A stretch of 40,757 nucleotides of DNA. It comes from Methanobacteriaceae archaeon (GTDB taxonomy: Archaea; Methanobacteriota; Methanobacteria; Methanobacteriales; Methanobacteriaceae). The notes under the pieces were generated by a model. The model had not been told where the DNA came from. It saw only the letters and a list, made by a program, of their open reading frames with translations, and made no database searches. The DNA lies in assembly GCA_003558085.1 (NCBI GenBank), contig PWMT01000071.1, forward strand, positions 1-40,757, given 5' to 3'. A program made the position numbers and the translations under genes. Every line of letters starts with the position of its first letter. The first letter of the stretch is position 1. Shown here piece after piece: positions 9,754 through 19,235 of this stretch.

Positions 9754-10251
9754 TTAAAGTTTCAACTGCCTTATAATTTCAGTATAAAATATTTTATTTT
9801 TTCTTTTAACTTCTTTGAATCCATGTTTTTCATACACTATTTGAGCTTCCTTTTCATTTCGATCATCAGAAGTATAAAGTCGCAGATAATCCACGTTCAT
9901 ATTTTTTGCCTCTTTTATCGTATGTGTAAGTAATTTTTTACCTATTCCTTTTCCTCTCTCTTCAGGGGCCACGCAGTACCAGAATAGCCACACAGCTTCA
10001 TCTTCATCTCGCCAATAATTATAAAGCCCTGTAGTTCCAACCACCTGATCATGTTCATTTACAGCCACCCAGATATCAATAATATCTTTAATTCCAAATA
10101 AATTCATTATTTTATCTATCAAATTGTTATCCTGATGGGTCATAGCAATTAAAGTAAATTGTTCAGATATACTTCTATATGGAAACACTCTTTTTACCAA
10201 ATTTTTTGCTTCTAGAAGAGTTTCTTCTGTAGCTGATATAATTTTCACCAT
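9754..10251 (-). CDS. GNAT family N-acetyltransferase
   Basis: CVAPEERGKGIGKKLL acetyl-CoA motif; YEKHGFK. Confidence 0.88.
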   Translation of the reverse strand: MVKIISATEETLLEAKNLVKRVFPYRSISEQFTLIAMTHQDNNLIDKIMNLFGIKDIIDIWVAVNEHDQVVGTTGLYNYWRDEDEAVWLFWYCVAPEERGKGIGKKLLTHTIKEAKNMNVDYLRLYTSDDRNEKEAQIVYEKHGFKEVKRKNKIFYTEIIRQLKL

Positions 10252-10544
10252 TATAAAAAAATCCCTCTCTTTAATAACTTATATAGTAAAATAGTTAGAC
10301 ACAAAGTCATTTTTTTAAGTGGATATTGAATAGGTACTAACTAAAAATTATCATAGTTAAATGAAATAGAGCAGCTATTTGAAGTCATAAATAATTAGTG
10401 TTATAATTTTTTATTTTTTATCTTCTCAGTATAATATTTTTCAAAAGCTATTATAATAAGTATACCTCAAAAAAAAAATAAGGTTATAATGCGATTTAAA
10501 TCAAGTTAGACTCAACATCATAAATAAATAAAGAAAAAAAGGTT

Positions 10545-10760
10545 TTATTTTCTTTTAGGAAAGATCAAACCAGCCAGCACCAACATTAAAGATAAAAACA
10601 GGTAGGCTAATGGTAAACCAGTGCTTTTCATAGTAATAGTTTTCTGCTGCAACATCCACATCGTCTGGAATTACTGGTTCAATCGTTTTTCTCTAATCCG
10701 TAACTGGCCAGTTAGTACTTGATGGTCTGCAGTAACTTGGAGAGCGGAACATAAAGAATC
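10545..10760 (-). pseudogene. C-terminal remnant of a Methanobacterium-type cell-surface/adhesin-like protein
   Basis: TITMKSTGLPLAYLFLSLMLVLAGLIFPKRK* (MxxTG-LP motif, TM helix, basic tail); upstream frame broken by frameshifts. Confidence 0.7.
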
Positions 10761-10937
10761 TTTTATAGAAATAAATTTTTTTTAGAGCTAATTTGTAAAA
10801 AATAAGGATATTTTAAGGATATAATTTATACTGAAATTTTTAAAACTTAGAAATTTATTTTATAATTTTTAGGTTACATATATTCCATTATAAAGATTAA
10901 TGAATATCATTAAAAATTAAGATTATTACTAGAATTT

Positions 10938-11323
10938 AGATAAAGTTATCCTATTATGTTGAATAATAGTCCTATTTTATCAGTTTAATATAGCCCATTT
11001 GATTTAAATTCAGTAATTTCCCTGATTTTAATTAAAGCTATCCTTGAACTTCGTTAAACTATCCTATTGTTTACCTCATGGTCGTTATATTTTTAGGGTT
11101 TCCTCAGATTGCAGATTGAAAATTATTATTCAAAATTATATTATCAAGATTAATATTATTTTTAAGTAAAATTTTAAAAAATTAAGGTTTTTAGTAGATT
11201 AAGATAAAGTTATCCTATTATGTTGAATACTAGCCCTATTTTATCGGTTTAATATAGACCATTTAGTTTAAATTCATTAATTTCTCTGGTTTTTAATTGA
11301 AATTATGGTGAACTTCGTTAAAC
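10938..11323. repeat. 122 bp imperfect direct repeat (10938-11059 and 11202-11323)
   Basis: First 28 nt (AGATAAAGTTATCCTATTATGTTGAATA) and last 15 nt (TGAACTTCGTTAAAC) identical; copies 264 bp apart; no ORF found. Confidence 0.85.
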
Positions 11324-11830
11324 ATTTCTATAACGAAGATAATTTTTTTAGAAATCCTATTAATTATAATCACATATTAATTTTTTAGTTAATATAGGAG
11401 TTACAAATATAGTGGCAGTATCAGTTTAAATAATGAATGGATGGAAGTATTAGAAAGGATAGCTTACTAAAATTAGATTTTAAACTCATATTAGTAACTT
11501 TAGTGAAAATCATGCTATTGTTAAGGTTTTAATGCCCTAAAACATCCGGAACATATCTTACAGGGCATATTTTTTTTTAGTATATAAATTTAGACAATTT
11601 TTACTAAATCTTTCTTTACAAAAAATACCCGCTTTTGGTACAATCCATATCTATTATTTAGGTCTAATTTGTTATGCTTTTTATAAATTAAATATTACTT
11701 ATTAGGGTAGTGTTCACTACATGGTCGTTATAAATAAAAATTTTAAAATTCATGAGAATAAATCTGGCTGGGGATATTTACAGTGTAAAAATATTGTAGA
11801 TTAAATTTTGCTGGAAGACTATTCATTTAG

Positions 11831-12181
11831 TTAAGGGGTCAAATAGATGCTTATGCGGGCATCATCTAATTCTCCAACAGATGGAACAGAGGTATTCTGG
11901 GTATTAATTGTTTCATCTCCTCTTATCAAAGATATAGTCAGTGTTTCATTGCTGGGTTCCGTTTTTTCAACTATAATTCTCAGACTACCTGTAATGCTGC
12001 CTAAATCAATTGTTTCATCACCAGTACCTTCAATTGTGCGAGTTCCAGATGAATCAGTTATGGTACCGTTCCAGCCATCAGTATAATTTACAACCAATTT
12101 TACATTTGAAGTTACACATCCAGATATTGCAACTACCAAAAAAACTAATATTAATAAGATTATTCCAATTTTTTTTGACAA
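11831..12181 (-). CDS. Hypothetical lipoprotein
   Basis: AGGTG RBS then TTG at 12181; signal KKIGIILLILVFLVVAISGC; beta-rich body. Confidence 0.7.
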   Translation of the reverse strand: MSKKIGIILLILVFLVVAISGCVTSNVKLVVNYTDGWNGTITDSSGTRTIEGTGDETIDLGSITGSLRIIVEKTEPSNETLTISLIRGDETINTQNTSVPSVGELDDARISIYLTP

Positions 12182-12682
12182 TTTTATGCACCTTTTAAAC
12201 ACATTCATTTTCAGAATATATTAAATTATCCATTTAATAAGTCACAGAATTTCTCTTTTAATAAAAATTATATGTAACACCTTTTAAACCAGGAAATTAA
12301 AAATATCATCTATCAGCTAATATTATTAAATTCAATGGGAAGTATTTGTACTATTAACTAAGCTTTTGATATACAAATGGCATCAAATGTAATAAGATTT
12401 GTAAGATGTTACTTGGTACTATTTCCAGTATCATAATACTCTTTACTCCTATATTATGGGATTAACACATAATTTTTTTCTAAAATATAACGAATATGAT
12501 TTTTTTTAAAAAATCATTTTCAATATTAATTAAATGTAAATTTTTAGTTTATATGGAATTACATTTTTACAGTAGCACCTAAAAATGTAAAAGGCTTTAA
12601 TCATCAATATATAAATTGAAAATCTTTAATATAGGTGTATTTTCTCAAAAATCACTATTAAAAACTTAGGGAGGATTAACTA

Positions 12683-13109
12683 ATGGATCATGTTGTTTAT
12701 GTAGATGCAAAGGCAAAAGAAATGGATAATCTAATTGAAGGAAATAAAAAAATGATTATTAGGGGTGCTGCAGGAAGAAAAATGCCATATGGAAGAGTTA
12801 ATGCTGCTGATATTTTTTATTTTATAAATAACGATGCTGAAGGTATAGTTAAAGCAACTGGTAGAGTTTCCAGTGTTTATAACTCTAAAAAGATGTCTGA
12901 AGAAGAATCAACTCAATTAATTGAAAAAAATCAGGATGAATTACAATTAAATAACCAACAATTTAAGCGCTGGGCTGGAAAAAGATACTTAGTTTTACTA
13001 GAATTAAAAAAATGTTGAAACCATTGATCCATTTTCCATTGACCGTAGTGAATATGGAAATATGGATGACTGGTTACCAGTAAAAGATATCAATTCGGTG
13101 AAGAAATGA
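12683..13109 (+). pseudogene. ASCH/PUA-like hypothetical protein with a +1 frameshift
   Basis: GGGAGG RBS; G.K.MIIRG...GRV..DI.YF pattern; removing one A from 13006-13012 adds KNVETIDPFSIDRSEYGNMDDWLPVKDINSVKK*. Confidence 0.65.
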
Positions 13110-13299
13110 ATGCATCAGTTTCCTTTTCTAAAATACGAGATTGGATATTTTTTTAGATTATTTTTTAGTCAGTTTTCGCCATTTTGATTCTAAGTTATAA
13201 ACTCCTTCTCGTTTTAGTGATTATTCCCTGACCATAGATAAGTTGCCGGCCATTTTTTGAAGAACCAAAACATAGTATATCATAATTTTATGCTAATTG

Positions 13300-14079
13300 C
13301 TAATCCGACTGAATAAATTTTAGGACTTCCTCTGTAAAGAGGTCTGGAGCCGTTGTAATTGCATCATGTGCCTGGCCTTCAAGTTTTGTAATCATGCTTT
13401 TAGGAAGTGATTTATCAAGCATTTTTGTTGCCTTTTTATCGGACAAACGACTTTCGCTTCCGTATAACAACATAGTGGGGATGTTCAGGTCTTTAAACCG
13501 CGTAGACTCAAACTTGTATTCTGTTTCGGCTTTCATCTCACGGGGCAGTGTAGGAGTCGCATTCACCAACACATTCCAGTATGGTGTTTGGCGATACATG
13601 TCAACTTCATTGGATGGAATGCCGACCACTTTTTCCAGGAAGAATAAAAGGGCCTGCTCATTTCCATCTTCTCTTAATATGCTTTCGATTTTAGCAATGG
13701 TTTCTGGTTCATCAGCCCCGTAAATCCCCTGTGGTTCGTAGAGGATGAGTTTACTTAGATTTTTTGTTCGAAGCGCCGCTTCCAGTGAAATGAGTCCACC
13801 GCCGGAATGGCCAAGAAGGATCACTGGCTCTTCAATCATATCTAAAACTGCTACAACATCATCGATCTCCAATTCAAGCTTGTAATCGGCAGCATCACCA
13901 CTTTTACCGCGACCTCGGCGATCTATTGTATAAACTGTGAAGTATTTAGCCAGTGTGGGTAGGACCATCTTCCAGTGAGTATGATCAGCTGTGTCTCCAT
14001 GGACAAGAACCAGAGGTGGTCCTTCTCCTGTTTTCTCATAAGCAATTAAAGTACCATCTGATGATTTAAGTTTCTTCAT
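13300..14079 (-). CDS. Alpha/beta fold hydrolase
   Basis: SSDGTLIAY, PPLVLVHG, DRRGRGKSG, GHSGGG nucleophile elbow, C-terminal GQAH. Confidence 0.9.
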   Translation of the reverse strand: MKKLKSSDGTLIAYEKTGEGPPLVLVHGDTADHTHWKMVLPTLAKYFTVYTIDRRGRGKSGDAADYKLELEIDDVVAVLDMIEEPVILLGHSGGGLISLEAALRTKNLSKLILYEPQGIYGADEPETIAKIESILREDGNEQALLFFLEKVVGIPSNEVDMYRQTPYWNVLVNATPTLPREMKAETEYKFESTRFKDLNIPTMLLYGSESRLSDKKATKMLDKSLPKSMITKLEGQAHDAITTAPDLFTEEVLKFIQSD

Positions 14080-14202
14080 AATATAAAAATCTCCCATTTT
14101 TAGGTTTACAAGGTTAGCGATTAGGATTTACCGGCTGGATCCTTAAGTCCCATTTAAAATAGGTACAATGATGGTAGCAAAAAATGAAATATTTTAAGCT
14201 AA

Positions 14203-14598
14203 TCAAAATATTCTTTTAGCATCTCTAATTATTTGAGCTACTTTAGAATCAATTGCATTTCGATTAGGGTTCCCTACTTCATCTCTCCAATAAATACTGT
14301 ACCATCGGTCATTTAATTCAAAAAGATATTCTGCTCCGATTCTATTAAATTAAAGCTTTATATATTCCTTAAAATAGACAGAAAGTCCGTTTATAATAGT
14401 TTCACCGTAATCAATCATTTTGTATCCTACTTTTTCATATGATGTTGTGGAAATTCTGCTTTTTGCTTTTTCTATATTTAAACGCAAATCCATCCGTCCC
14501 AATCCGGATAAATCTCCTAAATATACAATAAAATCTTTTTGAGCAAATTGCCTTATCCATTCAACCCTTTCTCTCCTGTGGGTTGTGTATACTGAACT
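14203..14598 (-). pseudogene. Degraded hypothetical gene
   Basis: 132-codon protein-like frame (..QKDFIVYLGD..YFKEYIKL*FNRIGAEYLFELNDRWYSIYW..KRIF*) with internal TAA at 14350-14352 and a broken 5' end. Confidence 0.5.
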
Positions 14599-14953
14599 TT
14601 ACTTTGGTTCTTCATTTGCTTTTACAAAGTGAAGATGTCTCACCTGCAGTACCACTATTTAAACTGGACATATTTTAGTGGTACAATAACCAATATCCAT
14701 TTTTTAAATCTTTACTTTAGATTAATCCTAGAATACTTAAAAGGATTACAACGAATATTATTACTATAATCCAGTACAAAATGCCTCTCATAATTTCACT
14801 TCCTCACATCCAGATATTATTTAATTAATCCTGGAAAGGTCAGACTATTTTCGAATTTTAAGGGGTTATTGAAAATTTAAAGAGAAAATTGTTTCAGTTT
14901 AGATTTGATTTTTCTTAATTCTCTGGCTTTTTCTTTTAGTTTTTTAGAATTTA

Positions 14954-15760
14954 TTATTCAATATCTACTTTAGTTATATCTTCTGTTACTTTAGGGAGAG
15001 TAATAGTCAGTTTACATTCTTCGTATTTAGCTTTGGCTTCTTTAACATTAATTTTCGTAGAAAGATTTATAGTTCTATTTGCTTTGCCATAAATTCTCTC
15101 TTTTTGAATGAATTCAGCATCTTCAATTTCAGGTTCTTTTTTAAACTTTGCACTTATTTCTACCCTATTTTTTGAAATGCCAATATCTATATCATCTTTT
15201 TTAACACCAGGAATGTCGACTATTAATGTGATTGTAGTGTTGGTTTCTAAAACATCGACTAAAGGTTTAGATTTTACGGGTTGAGTTTTTGTGTAATCAG
15301 ATATTACCTCATCTACTTGCACTTGCCCTTCCTTTAATTTAGATACTAGCTCGTTAAAAAATTTTTCTGCAGGAGTAATTCCTTCTTTTTTACTTTCTTT
15401 TTCAAATTTTGCTTTCTGCTCTTCAAGTTCTTTTTTAAATTCACCCCATTTTTCCTCTAGATCTTCTTCTTCTTTAACTTCCTCTATCTTGCTGCTTACA
15501 TCTTCTTTCATTTCTTTAGCAGATTCCTTCGTTTCTTCCACTTTTTTCTCAACATCACCTTTAGTTTCTTTAGCAGATTCCTTCGTTTCTTCCACTTTTT
15601 TCTCAACATCACCTTTAGTTTCTTTAGCAGATTTCTTCGCCTCGTCCACTTTATCCTTTACCTCTTCTTTTCTTTCTTCACTCAAATCTTTTCCTTTTTC
15701 AACTTTTTTATGGGTTTTCTTTTTAATTTCATCGGTTGATTCAGATATATCATTTCTCAT
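14954..15760 (-). CDS. Hsp20/alpha-crystallin protein with a long N-terminal LEA-like charged repeat region
   Basis: C-terminal PLVDVLE..DIPGVKKDDIDI..ER.YG..AKYEE.KLTITLPK..VDIE; about 150 N-terminal aa K/E-rich. Confidence 0.88.
   Translation of the reverse strand: MRNDISESTDEIKKKTHKKVEKGKDLSEERKEEVKDKVDEAKKSAKETKGDVEKKVEETKESAKETKGDVEKKVEETKESAKEMKEDVSSKIEEVKEEEDLEEKWGEFKKELEEQKAKFEKESKKEGITPAEKFFNELVSKLKEGQVQVDEVISDYTKTQPVKSKPLVDVLETNTTITLIVDIPGVKKDDIDIGISKNRVEISAKFKKEPEIEDAEFIQKERIYGKANRTINLSTKINVKEAKAKYEECKLTITLPKVTEDITKVDIE
15511..15633. repeat. Perfect 54 bp tandem repeat (2.3 copies) encoding AKETKGDVEKKVEETKES
   Basis: 15511-15564 identical to 15565-15618, plus a 15 nt third start. 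Confidence 0.95.
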
Positions 15761-15833
15761 TTAAATCACCATTTTAAATGAATCTGACGAGAATTTAAGA
15801 ATCTGAAAAAAAAAATAATTTAAAATTAAATTA

Positions 15834-16073
15834 TTATTCTTTCTTTAAAGGTGTGCCTTTGATTAGAACATTATCACCAATAGATTCAATCATTTCATAG
15901 GACACTATTTTATGATCACCTAGTCCAATTTTTGCAGATATCCCTGCTTCTTTTAAAATAATTGATTTTACGGTGTTATTTTCAAAATCCCATTCAACGT
16001 CATCAACTAATCCTATTTGATCTCCAGATTCATCTACAACATCTTTTCCAAGTAATTCATCTGCTATTTTCAT
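15834..16073 (-). CDS. PRC-barrel domain protein
   Basis: ELLGKDVVDESGDQIG.VDDVE.D...IESIGDNVLI. Confidence 0.88.
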   Translation of the reverse strand: MKIADELLGKDVVDESGDQIGLVDDVEWDFENNTVKSIILKEAGISAKIGLGDHKIVSYEMIESIGDNVLIKGTPLKKE

Positions 16074-16082
16074 TTTTACCAA

Positions 16083-16246
16083 CTCCAAATTAACAAATAC
16101 AATTTTTATTTAGGCTAAGTAGGAAAAAAAATTATAAAAGCCATGGAGGTGTCTTCCATCATTTTTTCCCTTAGCCTAAATTTTTTTTGGAGGAGATTAC
16201 AGGAGTTCGCGAAAACTCCTATAAAATTCAATGACTCTCCTCAAAA
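16083..16246 (-). promoter_or_regulatory. Structured leader RNA candidate, copy A, upstream of the PRC-barrel gene
   Basis: Hairpin AUAGGAGUU/AACUCCUGU, AUCUCCUCCAAA, 11 bp stem 16109-16119/16170-16180; repeated at 16574-16646. Confidence 0.6.
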
Positions 16247-16258
16247 TTATTCTATCTT

Positions 16259-16432
16259 TTAAGTTCTGCCGTTTATGGCCTGATTCTTTGCTCTTATAAA
16301 ATCAAAAGGATCTCTAAAACCACCGAAAGGCTGAAATTCACATCCACATTCCGGGCATGGTTGGGCTTCTGTTCCCGGTTGGATATTAGGACATTTCCTA
16401 TTAGGACAACGCCAAATATTCAATGATACCAT
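16259..16432 (-). CDS. Small zinc-ribbon-like protein
   Basis: WRCPNRKC...PCPECG; GGGAGA RBS; start at 16432 or 16444. Confidence 0.65.
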   Translation of the reverse strand: MVSLNIWRCPNRKCPNIQPGTEAQPCPECGCEFQPFGGFRDPFDFIRAKNQAINGRT

Positions 16433-16442
16433 TTTTTTAAAC

Positions 16443-16820
16443 ATCTCCCTTAACTATTCATTATTTTAAGAGGCTAAGGAAAAAAAAAATAGTCATAAAA
16501 AAGACTTGAGGCAGTCTCTACCATACCCTCCCTTTTTTGGTTTTGGAGAGAAAATGGATTATTTAGTTAATATTTTTTTCCCTTAGCCTAAATTTTTTTT
16601 TTTGGAGGAGATTACAGGAGTCCGTGAAAACTCCTATAAAAATTCATTTTTTTTAGGTAAGTTAAACTTAAAAGTATAATTTTAAGCTAAAACGAGACTT
16701 AACCTAACCTAAAACCTAACTTAGACTAAATATCTGCCATAAAAAAATTAGAATAAAAAATAGTTGCTTGTGGAGCATTTTTTTTTATCTTTTTTTTGTA
16801 GATATAATTGAGATGACTCG
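16443..16820 (-). promoter_or_regulatory. Long structured leader, copy B, upstream of the zinc-ribbon gene
   Basis: TTTATATA box near 16846-16853; stems 16471-16479/16581-16589, 16614-16637 and about 16653-16711; G-U pairs favour the minus strand. Confidence 0.55.
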
Positions 16821-16940
16821 TTAACTAATACTATATCCTGCCTAGTATATAAAGTGATCGATAAGCTTCCAAATATAAAAATAAGGTAAAACAGCCTAAA
16901 TTAAATATAAATGCTTTAAAATATAAGGTTTAACAATATA

Positions 16941-17200
16941 TAACCAAATCATATTTGAATTTACCATAATAACATAAAAAATAATACGAATAACCAACAA
17001 TAAGCAAACCATCATTTAAATTACCATTATAACAGTAAAAATAAAAGATATTTCAAAAAATAAGCAAACCATCACTTAATTTTTCTTTATAATAGAAATA
17101 ATATAAGAGATTTCAAATAATAAGCAAAACATCACTTAATTTACCCTTTATAATAGAAATAATATAAGAGATTTCAAATAATAATCAAAATCATTTAATT
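16941..17200. repeat. 60 bp-period degenerate tandem array (4.3 units)
   Basis: Units start at 16941, 17001, 17061, 17121, 17182 with core TAAGCAAACCATCA(C/T)TTAA. Confidence 0.85.
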
Positions 17201-17602
17201 TATGATGAAAAAGCAAGAAAGAAGGTTATTCCAGGAAAAACCAGGGAACACCCACGGGATGTTTATTTTAATGCTATGAAAAATGCAGTGGATGTTTTTG
17301 GAGATAATCAGGTTAGTTCCTGGATTTTAATGGGATTGGAACCTCCTGAGAAGACCATTGAGGGTATCCGAAAAATAGCTGAAACTGGAGCCATACCCCT
17401 CCCCAAACCATTTCGCCCTTTATTTGGTTCTGACTATGAAACAAGAAAACCATCCACAGTAAAAGATGCAGAGTTAATCTATACTGAGTGGTTTGAGACC
17501 ATCAAAGGATGTGGATTGAATCCTCTAAAAGCAAAGGCTGGTTGTGTAAGGTGTAATGCCTGCTTTCCCATCCGTGAATTATGGAAATTTGGTATAGATT
17601 AA
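17192..17602 (+). pseudogene. C-terminal fragment of an MSMEG_0568-like radical SAM protein
   Basis: IPGK..AVDVFG.NQVSS.ILMGL..PFRP..G..KAGCVRCNAC; in-frame stop at 17165; no CxxxCxxC motif. Confidence 0.7.
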
Positions 17603-18353
17603 TTCTAAAATTAATTTTACTTACAAGAAATACTAATTTGCTAATCCTCGAATTTGATCTGAAGTTATCATTAAGGCACTGTCAAAAACTTGGGGGGTTT
17701 TTGCAATTCGTGATAATTTAAGGAGATAGGAATTTTTAGAGCACGAGATACAATAAATAAGAATAAAATTGCTATAACTAATGATCAGATGAGAAATATA
17801 AATTAATTATTGGGCAGGGGTTTAAACACAATGGTGTTATTTTCACATTTTTAAAAATTAATAAAATCATCAAGAAGTATATTAAATAAAATGAACTAAA
17901 TATGGAAGAATAAACAAGAACGGAAAGAAAAACTAGAATATTCAGTTAATTTTAAAATAAATCATTCAAAAATGCTAAGGAAGAAATTCAAACAAGCTTT
18001 TCTATAATGAATTTAATAAGTTATTCATTTATTAGCGATTCTTTGATGTCTTACTTTAGAACTTTTTTTTGCATTCTTAAAAGAGAGAAAATCTTTTACT
18101 TAAATAAATAATGTTATTTCGGGTTTTATAAAAAGAGAAACTCAATCTTCAGAATAATCCCAGAATCCTTAAAAGAATTATAATAAATATTATAACTATA
18201 ATCCAATATAAGATGCCCCTCATAATTAAACTTCCTTTAAATTCAGTATGTACTTATAATTAACCCCCATAAGACCCTATCATATCATTTGAAGGTTATT
18301 TAAAATAATAAAGTGCTTCTTGGTTATTTTTTTTGTTTAGATTTAATTTTTTC

Positions 18354-18554
18354 CTATGTTTCTTTGGTTTTTTCTTTTATTTTACTTTCTGCTTTTTTAA
18401 CTTCCCCTTTAAGTTCTTCAGCTTTACCTTTTAATTTACCTTTAAGTTCTTCAGTTTTACCACTAACTTCTCCTTTCTTTTCCTTGGCCTTACCTTTTAC
18501 TTCACCCTCTTTTTCCTTGGCCTTACCCTTCAATTCAGCAGTCTTCTCAACCAT
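18354..18554 (-). CDS. Small LEA/CsbD-like hydrophilic repeat protein
   Basis: GGGAGA RBS; 11-residue periodic (E.KGKA.E..G) K/E/G-rich sequence. Confidence 0.75.
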   Translation of the reverse strand: MVEKTAELKGKAKEKEGEVKGKAKEKKGEVSGKTEELKGKLKGKAEELKGEVKKAESKIKEKTKET

Positions 18555-19235
18555 AAAATCTCTCCCATATTTTAGTTCTAAAAGTCACTTTATATTTATA
18601 TGTAAGCCCAAGTAAATAAATTTAACCTCAAGAGAAATTTAGTGTATGTTAAAACCTGGAGGTGAGTATTAAAAGTCTTTTCTGGATATAAAATTTCTTT
18701 TTAAATGTTTATTGTACGTTATACCATTTTTAATCTTCATTAGCCTCTCAACGATTTTAGTAATGGTTTTTTAATATAACATTTTCAATTTTACTCGATG
18801 TTTGTTCGATACATCTATCATTATAATAAAGAAAAATAAGAATTAATATAATTTTGAGCTTTTTAACAGTAATAGAACTTTTTTAAGTTATTCATTAAAT
18901 TAATTTAAAATAAATAATTGAAATTTATATGGAGCTAAATTGTTGCCTAAAAATTCTAAAAATTTTTCTTTGGTAAATTTTATCAGGCTTTGATTTAGAA
19001 TTTTATTTAAGAGTATTCAGTCCTTCTAAAAATATTAGTTCTTATTTTTATAAGCTAGATTCTTTTTCTAGAATCTTTTTTGTTAAAAAGGAATCAAGGT
19101 TTTCTTCTATATGTTAACTGATTTAACAATATTAAATACTTTAATTTTAAACAAAAGATTTATATTAAAATAAAAAGAAAATTATTATATGCAACTTACT
19201 TCATCATAATTACCTTTATGGGGGGTGAAGTTAAT

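Noticed and set aside
10938-11323. CRISPR mini-array or duplicated small ORF
   Set aside because: Whole 122 bp units are homologous, and the frames I translated stop within a few codons
11847-15764. Plus-strand ORFs at 11847, 12010, 13394 and 15489
   Set aside because: Shadows of better-supported minus-strand genes
16186-16200. GGAGGAG as a plus-strand RBS (also at 7692 and 16604)
   Set aside because: No start codon follows at a usable spacing, and G-U evidence at the 16 kb copies favours the minus strand
16941-17200. CRISPR array
   Set aside because: The sequence between the cores is itself repeated, so there are no unique spacers; the repeats are degenerate and no cas genes are present
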